Shown in pieces: positions 8,456 through 19,000 of a DNA stretch of 20,000 nucleotides; the stretch's first letter is position 1; the number at the start of each line of letters is the position of its first letter. Origin of the DNA: an uncultured virus (IMG/VR IMGVR_UViG_3300037585_005926) (Duplodnaviria > Heunggongvirae > Uroviricota > Caudoviricetes); IMG/VR virus record IMGVR_UViG_3300037585_005926, positions 57,656-77,655 of that record; one strand, given 5' to 3'. The notes under the pieces were generated by a model. It was not told where the DNA came from, did no database searches, and was given only the letters and a program-made list of their open reading frames with translations. The position numbers were made by a program, and so were the translations under genes.

Positions 8456-10062
8456 TGGCAATTCTTAAATACACAGCCAGCGCTGACAATACTATTGTTA
8501 ACGCTTTTCAACCAAATTTATCAACCCGAGGAACCGGCTCCAACGCCGGCGCCGCCGACGTGCTCGAAACGTTCTCAATATACGGTCGCGCCCTCACTCC
8601 GACTGCATCGAATACAAGCGGATCTCAAGAACTGTCACGAATACTATTACAGTTCCCGATAACTGATATTACAGCCGATCGGACTGCTGGCCGAGTACCT
8701 GCTAGCGGATCAGTAAACTTTTATTTAAAAGTCTACAATGCTGAGACTTCAAAAACAGTCCCGCGGGATTTTGCTTTGGAAGTTTTACCGATTGCGCAAA
8801 CTTGGCAAGAGGGGACCGGCCTTGACCTTGAAAATTACAAGGATCTTACTAAAGGCAACATTGGCTCTAACTGGTTATACGCGACGAAAACGACACTCTG
8901 GACTCGCGCCGATAGCGAAACAACGGTTGGTGGCGCCTATCTTACTGGTGCTAGCGACCCTCACTTCAAACAGACTTTTGAATCCGGCCTTGAAGATTTA
9001 GAAATAGATATTTCGCCCTTAGTGGAGCATTGGATTGCCGGCACTAAAGCGAACTACGGTGTTGGTATTATGCTTTCTTCGTCATACGAGGCTTACTACT
9101 CATCTTCCAATAACACCTCCCTGGTACAGACACCATATACAGGAAGTATAATCAATAATACCGGTGGAGCTACAGACTCATATTACACAAAAAGATTCTT
9201 TGGCCGCGGCACACAATTTTTCTTTAAGAAGCCGACAATAGAAGCCCGGTGGGACTCCTCCAAGAGGGATGACAGAGGCGACTTCTACTTCAGCAGTTCC
9301 TTAGCTCCGGGCGTTGACAACTTAAACACTTTGTACCTCTATAATTATATCAGAGGGCGCCTGCGAAACATTCCTGCAATTGGTTCGACTGGTTCAATAA
9401 TGGTTAGCTTGTATTCTGGTTCCTCGACCAACTATGCGGCGTCTGGTTCTAAACTTATTTTATATGATGGACATACGGCTGTGACCGGTGGGTACGTATC
9501 AACCGGAATATATTCCGCATCTATCGCTGTTACCGGTGCCATCTCTGATATTTCTACCTTGTATGATGTTTGGTGGAGCGGTTCTGGCATGGATCCCTCA
9601 ACCCACAATATAGAATTCTTTACGGGTTCGATTTTAACAAAGGCGTTCGGAGCTACTACAGACACTAGAGAACCAGTATATTATATCAATATAACAAATC
9701 TTCAAAACAAATATGGGCCAAGGGAAACCGCGCGCTTCAACCTGTACGTTAGAAACAGAGATTGGAATCCCAATATTTACACCAAAGCGCAGAAAACACC
9801 AGAACACTTCCCAGTAGTCAGCGCTTCTTATCGCGTGTTTAGAATTCTTGATGCACTAGAAGCAGTAGCACACAACACAGGCAGCGATTTCGCAACAGGC
9901 CTGTCTTACGATGTATCAGGCAACTACTTTGATTTCAATATGAAACTTCTTGAGCCCGGCTATGAATATGGATTCAAGTTCTCATTTTACGATGATGAAC
10001 TGAACTCCTGGCTTGAACAGGATGAGATATTTAAGTTCCGGGTGGTGAATAATGAGTATTAA
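8455..10062 (+). CDS. Putative virion/baseplate protein with N-terminal DNRLRE/CBM96-like beta-sandwich domain
   Basis: 535 aa, starting in a TAATG stop/start overlap with gp6. The motif order 'ADNTI...SRILLQF...YLKVYNA...VLPIAQTWQEG...SNW...W...GG...IDISPLVEHWIAG...NYGVGI...KRFF...KPTIEARWD' resembles DNRLRE-type domains (about 8455-9260). The C-terminal half is beta-rich and unassigned. Confidence 0.75.
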   Translation: MAILKYTASADNTIVNAFQPNLSTRGTGSNAGAADVLETFSIYGRALTPTASNTSGSQELSRILLQFPITDITADRTAGRVPASGSVNFYLKVYNAETSKTVPRDFALEVLPIAQTWQEGTGLDLENYKDLTKGNIGSNWLYATKTTLWTRADSETTVGGAYLTGASDPHFKQTFESGLEDLEIDISPLVEHWIAGTKANYGVGIMLSSSYEAYYSSSNNTSLVQTPYTGSIINNTGGATDSYYTKRFFGRGTQFFFKKPTIEARWDSSKRDDRGDFYFSSSLAPGVDNLNTLYLYNYIRGRLRNIPAIGSTGSIMVSLYSGSSTNYAASGSKLILYDGHTAVTGGYVSTGIYSASIAVTGAISDISTLYDVWWSGSGMDPSTHNIEFFTGSILTKAFGATTDTREPVYYINITNLQNKYGPRETARFNLYVRNRDWNPNIYTKAQKTPEHFPVVSASYRVFRILDALEAVAHNTGSDFATGLSYDVSGNYFDFNMKLLEPGYEYGFKFSFYDDELNSWLEQDEIFKFRVVNNEY

Positions 10063-13000
10063 AGATTTATTTGGTCGCAATTACTTATCCGACAATAACC
10101 AGAAAGATTTAACCGCCGATGTTGAATCCTCAACTAACTTAAAAGCAATCAAGGTCAAACAAGATTCTTTCTTGCCGCAAGTGGATTATGAAAATCCGCA
10201 GACATTTGCTAGATATGGATCCGCTAATCTATATTACAAGAGTGCTATTGACAGAATTGTAGATTTCTATCCATTTGATGGGTCGGATGCAGACATAAAT
10301 GAGTTCTACAACCAGTCCTTGGACATTGAAAAATTTATATTCAATAAAAAATATCCACGAACGACCGGATACGCAATCATTTCAGCAGATGGTTGGGGAA
10401 CCAGTACAAAGATAAATGGCTACGGCATACCCTCTTCGTTAGAATACATCACTTTCAACGGCGGACCCAACGTACTAAATCAAACTCAAGACTTAAAAAA
10501 TCTGGTCCCCGACCCAACAAATAGTAAATTTCAATATAATAATATCTATGATGACAATTTGTACACCAACAATGGATACCCATCTGATTATGGGGACGGA
10601 ACCAGAGAGTCTAACCTTAAAGCAGATTTCGACACAGGTGTTACAATTGAGTTCTGGGCATTAACAGGCTCCAAGCCATCTACGATCGGCGCCTTGACAG
10701 ACCGACAAGTTATTTTTGACACGTGGAACAACAATCCTAGCTCCAGTGTGGATTTATCATACGGCCGAATCAGGATTGAGCTTAAAGAAGGCTCCGCAAG
10801 CGAGAGTCCGTTCTTAATAACTGTCCAATCAGGTACATTAAGTGGGGCTGTCGAGCAAATCAACACGTCCTCGATTGGTTCAGGAATTGACGGCAGCACA
10901 CTGGGTGACTGGAAGCACTACGCTTTTGTTCTTCAGAACTCTGGTTCTAGCTTTAATGCAAAACTTTATATTAACGGAGAACTTAATGACACCAATACTT
11001 ATCAGAATTTAGCGGCAACCGCTACAATCGTAATTTCTGATTCTGGTGGCATTGTTAACGGAGAAACATTTACATTAGTTGATTCAGCAGGAACCAGCAC
11101 AGTCTATACAATTAATGGAGGTGTTACTGCCGCCTCTGGTGGTGGCTCTGGTGGTTCTGCAACGGTTGGGTTCCTTGGTGTCGGCGGAGGGTCCGCAGGA
11201 AAAATCGCAGCCGCGTCAGCTATGGTGACTGCTATTGACAACACTACAGATGCCAACTATACAGCAGTATCTGATGGAGTTGACACTGTAACAATAACTC
11301 AAGGAACGTCAGGTACCGCAGGAAATAGAACAAATGCGGATGCAATTACTTCAACCACAGTTTCTAACTTTACAAGTGGTGGTGGCGGAGCCATTGGAGA
11401 GTTATCTCCAAAGGGAGCGCAAGGCAGAATTGGCGCACTACTTACTGCCCCAAGCAAATTAGCTGTCGGTGGTGTTTTGCCATCTGCGTATGCTGGTGCT
11501 GGTAAACTGGACGGCTCTATTGATGAGTTCAGGTTTTGGAAAACTGCACGCAGCGCTGAAGAAATTGGCCGCTATTGGTTCGACCAAGTCCGCGGCGGAA
11601 CAAATCTTGACATCGCTAATACAACACTTGGCATGTACTATAAGTTCAACGAAGGCATCACACAAACGTCAAGTATTGACAGTGTTGTTCTAGACTATGG
11701 CGGCCGACTTTGTAATGGAACATGGACAGGATATTCAGCAAATTCAAGAAATACAGGCTCTGCCATCGTCTCTGCTAGTGCAAGCGAAGCGGAATACCTT
11801 GATCCAATCATATACGCAGTCCATCCAGAGGTTGTGTCACTTAAAGCAGATTTGCGCGCAACTGGCTTATATCATGACGGCCAAAACACTGGCCAATTTT
11901 TAAACCTCATTCCTTCATGGGTTGTCGAAGAAGTAGAAGATGACGGAAATAGTGATCTTGAACAATTGGCACACATCATGGGCGCCTATTTTGATAAAAT
12001 GTACTTGCAAATTCAAGCACTTCCATCGTTTAGGCATACCCAGTATACGAGCGCCTCACAAGAGCCGCTTCCCTTTGCTCAACATTTACCACAATCACTT
12101 GGTCTAATAACACCAGAGATCTTTGTGGATTCAAAAATATTAGAAAAGTTTAAGAATAGAACTGAAACCGAGATTTTTGAAAGCGATCTGAATGAAACAA
12201 AGAACCTAATATACCAAAATTTATATAACAACTTAACTACAATATTTAAGTCTAAAGGTACTCTTCGCTCGATTAGGAATGTATTACGTTGCTTCAACAT
12301 AGATGATAACTTGGTTTATTTTAATGCGTACGCAAACAACCAAACATACGAACTTAACAACAACTTAAAGCAAACGCAAAAGAAGCGGAAGATGTTGAAT
12401 TTCAATACGTCCTCAAATACAACCGCGGTTATGTACCAGGCGGCAGATCCAACATATGCTGATTCACTGGGGTATATCTATAATGAGGTAACTCCTGGAG
12501 AGCCCTACAAAGATCAGCAACATAAGCACGGCCTTACCTTTGAAACAAGTATCAGGTTTCCAAAGTTCTTTAGAACCGCAAACACGATGGATAGAAACTT
12601 TTTAAGCTCTTCGCTAGCTGGAATGCAGACTGTATTGACTGGAACCTTTGCCGGCACCGGATTAAATCGCGCCGATGACACTTCAGATTTGACTGCCTCT
12701 CAAGATGTGGCTAACTTCCAGGTGTTCGCAATCCGCGATGAAAGTGACTCCAAAAATGTAAGATTCCAACTGTCGTCTTCTTACGAACCTTATCCGTTTT
12801 CTTTCGAGCTTACCTCAAGTACCTTCCTTAATGTGTACAATAACCAGGACTGGAACCTGTCGGTTGCACTGAAACCGTCAAACTATCCAAATTCAGATCT
12901 TGTATCAGGTTCGGCTGATTATACTTATGACGTTATTTTCCGCGGATATAATGGCAATTTAGGTTCAATCGATAATAGTTTTGAAGTTAGCTCCTCGGTG

Positions 13001-16000
13001 ACAAAAGCAGTAGGACAAGATATAATAGGTACCTGGAAGAGAGTCTATGCCGGCGCCCAGAAGACCAACATAACTGGTGCCTTGGTACACCCGACAGACG
13101 TTCAAATTAACAGTGTTAGATACTGGACTCAATATCTTGATGGTGTATCCTTAAAGCAACACGCACTAGATGGCGAAAACTTTGGTATTTCTGGTTCGAA
13201 CCGATCGGTCTCAGCCTTAGACACAGTGAACGTTGCACCGTACAATTTCAATACACTTGCGCTAAACTGGTACTTCGGTACGGTTACTGGTTCAGACTCC
13301 TCCGGAGAGTTTTATTCTACAGACTTAAGTTCAGGTTCTGCTTTTATTAGGGACAACTTTGGCTGGGCCGGCTCCATTGCCGGATATGTATACCCAGGAA
13401 AGGCCCATGGCTTCCCTGCTGATAACGAAAACGTTGTTAAAAATGAACTGGTTAATGAATTTAAGTTTGTTGATCCAGAGATCGTAATCGCATCTGAAAT
13501 GGTCAATATCTTATCAGAAGATGATGAGCTATTCGGACTATTCGACGAGGTTCCGAACTATACATATGTTATTGAAAAGAGTCTATATGCCGCAGTTACA
13601 GAAGAAATTCTAGATTACTTCGCTGGAGTCGTCGATTTCAACAGTATTATTGGAGATCCGGTTCATCGATACCGGTCTGAGTACAAGCCGCTGGAACTTC
13701 TTCGTAAAGTTTTCTTCGAGAGATTCAATAACGTCAAGTCAGTGGAGAAGTTTACCGAGTATTTCAGATGGTTTGACGATGCAATCGCAAACATAATCCA
13801 ACAAGTCGTTCCCGCATCTGCTGATTTTGTAGAAGACATGTATAACACGGTGGAAAGTCACGTACTTGAAAGGAACAAATACCATAGTAAGTTTCCCACA
13901 CTTGAGTTTAAGTATCCAGAAGCCGCGGGCACCACTCAAGGTGTAGGCGCATTCTTACTAACGTACATGACTGACCTATATGGTGGCGTTGAAGCATCTC
14001 CGCGACCAACTAACGTACATAAAAACTACTGGAAAAAGCGCGCACAACCGGGCGCCAAGGGTGTAGGTTCGTATGAGATCTCCTCGGGAGATGCAACCGT
14101 CGACGCTCAGAGAAAACAATTTCGCAACATAATGCACAGCAAGCCACAAATAAGTGGTTCTCAGGTTATTTTGTCGAAGGCTGACGGAACACAGTACGAA
14201 AGAAACCATCTTCTATTCACACAGTTTGGAGGTCTTGCAGCTTTGAAAACGCCAACGATTAATAGAACAATTAAGGGCGGCGTCAACTTTACTGATAACA
14301 AAAATATTCATTACACATATACATCCTTATATCCTGCCGGCCCGGTAAACACATCAGGTAGTGTGTTTGTCCCAGAGAATGTTTTATTTGGAGATTTAGA
14401 TCAAGGTGTTGCAAACATCGACTCCAAGGCACAGTGGGACGAAGAAGGCAACGTTTCTGTAAAAAGAAAAAGACACTTTGGCGTAGTGCAAGGCCGCGAT
14501 TATGATGGTGGATTAGGCTACACGCACACCAAAAATAGCTATGCCTTTCCATTCAATGTTATGAGCGCCTCGATCTCTGGTGGTGTAGACAACTTAATAG
14601 CAACCCAGGTATCCTCAAGTTTAACAATTACTAACTTGCACAATGATGCTTACGGCGACGAGATGGAAATCCCAATGCAGAGCCCCTTCACAAATCAAAC
14701 AGTTGGAGGCCATCAATCTCGTCACATAAATCTTAATGCCGGCACAGACACTTATAAAAACCGTGGAGAAGCATGGCGAATTCTGCTGGGTAAATGCTCG
14801 TATAGATCAGGCGCTATAGGAATGGTTGGCCCCGATTATCCATGGCCAGAAGCAAATGAAGTAGGTGAGACCCCCTATCCAATGACTGCTTCCAACAAGG
14901 CAGTGTACTATCGTGACTTTATTGCTAAGCGTCCGGTAAATATAAGAAATATTAAGAGCATGGATACAACTCGTGACACCACAGTTTTAGGAAACTATGA
15001 ACAAGAATATCACGTACTTCATACTTTCGGTGCCTGGGAGAACCCAAGAAACTTTATAGTACAACAACCAGTACTGCCAGGCCAGTTGTTTCAGAACAAC
15101 TCAACCAGTTCAACGCAGACAAGAACAATTTTAGACATCCACAGAACAGAAGAATCACACTTCCAGTTCTTAAGTGAATATAGTATAAGCTACTTAACGG
15201 CATCAACCACCAGAACCATCATCGATAACAGATTCTCCACAGTCGGTGGACCCCTCACAGACGGAACAGGCTATAGAGACTTCCGAGGCAACGAATACTC
15301 AGTTTATAACTCTATTAACAACCGCTATCTTACAGTGATTAAACCTTCTCAGGGCCCCTCAGGCAGCCTTTCGGAGCCAACAGGTAGTGGTACCGCCGGA
15401 ATACGTGTATTCGACATCCACGGCAAAGACTACGGCCTTTATTCACACTATGCAAGACACACTGCAAGGTTCGGCCGAGACTCGCTACACGTAACGGGCA
15501 CAAGCGCCGCCACTAACGGTCCGGGCGCCTCGTACGATCAGTTACCAGGCTTTCACAAAATACACAGAAACAATCTTTGTTTCCCTAAACTCTCATCTGT
15601 TACTTTTACGGCAAACGATGACCCCCTCAATACCACCAACGACCGCGCAGCATATTGGTCTGGAACTGCTGACGACACAGTGCTCATTGCCAGTTCATCG
15701 CAGACAGCACAGACTTTTGTTTCTGGGGCCCGATCCAATAACGGCTTGTCGTCGACAGGCTGGATAAGATTTACGCCGACCTCAGAGGCCACCGACAATG
15801 TGTGGCTTTGGTCAGTTGGGAGAGCGAATGGCGGTGCTCCTATGTTCTATATGGAAAAGGGAAAAACCGGAAGCCCGGGCGGTACCGGAGACTGTGAACT
15901 ACAACAGAACGGCGGAACCGTTCCAGATAATTCTGGCGATGACTATTTGAAGTTTACCCTAAGCACTCGTTCGACCGCGGATCCAGTATCAACTGGCACT

Positions 16001-19000
16001 CGGACTAATATTGAATATCGAACATTCTTGCCCGAAAACAGCAATGTAGATATTAATGATGGAGCTTTTCATCATATAGCACTTGTCATAAGCGGCACAA
16101 ACGGCTCGCTAGCTAATGATTTGTCGGCAAGCTTCTATGTTGATGGGGTAAAATGCTTTACTTGTAAAAATGGTACCTCCGGTGTGATTCAAAGTCACTT
16201 TGACCAATATGCAAACAACTATGGTAGCACTGGCTTCTTTAGCTATAACGGCGCCGCCGGCGAAGAGTACGACTTCTCGAATACCGCAAATAATCCACTG
16301 GCGCTTCCGTCTTCTTTAACTGGCGCCGGCGCCCCGTATCGAGGAGATGAGTTTTTTGTTATTGGTGGTGATGCTTCTAGCATTGCCGGAGTAACAAACC
16401 CTTTCACCGGGGCCATGGACCAGCTTTCTTTCTGGACGCGTCCCATAACCGATACCGATGTACAAGAGTTATATGGTTCTGGTAACCCAATCAACTTGCT
16501 GGCCTCCACAACCTATAATTACGACCCTAGCGCATTGCATATGTGGCTACCTCTTGGAGAGGGCACCAACTCGCTAGACTCAGCGCAAGGTGATGCGCTC
16601 TCGTACACAACAGGCGATCCTGCTTTCAACAGCAGCAGCCACGCTATATGGGATGTAAGTGGTCAACAAAACAATTTCTATGCCATGAATCCGGCACACT
16701 CAAAAGCAGATGACGTCATGGTACATTTTGCTACTGGCGCCGCCTCACATGATGCCGCCGGCGGGTATAACCCAGCCGTCATCGGCGGATATTCTCTCAC
16801 CTCTGGATTCACCGAAGTATCTACATATTCTTCTGAGCCTCTGTTCGATAACTTTAACATCCAACACCAAATACCACGCGATTCTAGACAATACGCTTGG
16901 ATTAAAAACTCTGTACACTCAACGGCATCGTGGTGGCACTGTGGCTTTACTCCACCCGACTATTTGATCCGCAGCGGAAGTTCGTATATAGATCCTATCA
17001 ACTTTGTAAGTGCAAGTGAGGCCGGCTCCGCTGTTACTCCCAGTTTTACACCCGATCGGGTGCAGTTCGGAGTACGTCAGCCTGAGATAAATGGGAGCAC
17101 TTTAGTACAATTTTTACCACAAGTATCAAGATTAAATTTAAACATTCACGATCCAATATCTGCATCAACAAATACTCTTGGATACCCAGCTACGGTTCCG
17201 CTTGGCAATATTGATGAAGAACAGGAACAATATTATAATATAGCGTACGGTGACGCATCTTCCGGAAATACGCAAGCCAGAGTAATAATCTCAGACGTAC
17301 CATTCGCATTTAACATGCTTATGTTCAAGCGCGGAAATCAATACGGATACCCATCTTGGAAACAGGTGCGCCAGCAAGACAATCCAATTTTAACGAACGA
17401 GCACAAGACCAACAAGCTTTCCACAATGTATCTTGGAAACGTACAGCGCAACTTCGACTTGCCCCCTGTTTCAATGAAAGGTCGACCAGCATACGTTAAC
17501 TTAGATTTTGTCAACTCTTTATCAACTTCAGCCGGCGGCAGAAAAGAACAATTCCAAAATGTAACTCTTAAAACATCTTACAACAATGAGATGATCGGGT
17601 TCAACGAGTGGCAACTCGATAACTTTACTAAGTTAAATTACGACAGCGAAGTTACACCGTTTGAACAGTTGGTTGCGATGAAAGACCGGAACAACATCCA
17701 GTTGAACTGGCTCCTGTATTCCGAAAATGTTTTCCCATCAACCCGCAGAGAATTCCTTTCCTCGTCAGTTACACGCGTTGGGTATGACAATCAATTCTGG
17801 AGAGACACTCTGGCAAACCGCGTGACTGGCGGTATGGGAGTCCCCAACTCTGTTGGTGTGGTTAGTTACGCTGATTGGCTGCCCGATGGCTCTCATAACC
17901 TTTTCCTTTCGAAGACAAGATTCCTAACACAAAGCATCTTTCCGCTCGACGCACCGTTTGATTTTGAAACTAGAACTGGGCCACCAAGAATTATTGGCAC
18001 CGAAGCCACTATCCTCTTCAGCACCAATATGTTTTACACCGGCTCAAGCCTGATAGGATCAAACTCCGCTGGAGAACTTCAAAACACTTATACATTCTAT
18101 CACTTTAGTAGGCCGGCCTTGGGCGGCACTTACGTCGGCGTCGAACAATACGATGCCCTTACAATTCCCTTGTGCATTAGAAACGGCGGCCTGTATTCTC
18201 GCAAGCACATGCTCAACTCCCCACTGTCCACCAATAGCCCAAGTTCGGTCCAGATGGCTCTTCGTGCTCCGTATCTTGGTCAGACAAACAATGGAGTTGT
18301 CCTCACTAAGGACATCATGGCTCAAGGAATCGATACAAACAACATTGCGCTTGGTTTACATAATATAGAAACTGGTTCAGGCGAGGCAAAATGGGAAGCC
18401 CCCGAACAAGCCGGCTATTTCACATCATCCAATGGAGTCCTCAGCTTTGTCTCTGCATCTTCTAAGCCTTGGTATAACGATTATGATGATTTCCGACAAG
18501 ACATCAAGACAATCGCGAAAGGATACGCAGTGGTACCAGAATTTAGAATCTCTGATCAAATGGAAAACTATGCTAAAGTCGGTGTTCTTGGCGGAGAAAA
18601 CTTCGACACATTCAAGATACCTGGCACTGCACTGAGTAGCTCACAGGATACCTTCTATAAAGACTATTCAAACTCTGACTTCCTTAGGCACTTTGCCGAT
18701 GTTAAACAAATGTCTGAACTGGATGCTAAAGAGATTAAGCTGACATGCCACGCGGCAATCAAGTTTAATCCGTATAAGGGTTTCTATCCTGCGCAACGTT
18801 CACTCGATCTAGTCAGTCAGTTTTCAAAATCATTTGCTGACGGCCTTACTATAACAACAGTGAACACTGATGCTAAAACAAAAGCCGATGTAGTCGGCTC
18901 CACCCAGGGTTCGTTCCTATCGCAATATGGCTATGCTCGCCCGGTGATGCAGCCGTTATTTGCGCCTGGTATCCTGTATAATTCAATTAAATCAGGCATG

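Noticed and set aside
9860..9890. 'AVAHNT' in the 535-aa protein, and 'CFPK'/'CFTC' in the giant ORF, as possible intein termini
   Set aside because: There is no matching pair of N- and C-terminal splicing blocks and no LAGLIDADG or HINT motifs. The surrounding sequence fits other domains.
6276..10062. Bacterial eCIS/T6SS or tailocin locus instead of a phage
   Set aside because: The long T4-type gp6, the giant wedge protein and the phage-like gene packing favour a myovirus, and no Afp/Tss-specific genes are visible. It cannot be fully excluded without capsid or terminase genes outside the window.
11135..11158. Short imperfect tandem TCTGGTGGTGGC/TCTGGTGGTTCT
   Set aside because: It simply encodes a SGGGSGGS flexible loop, has only two copies, and is not an array.
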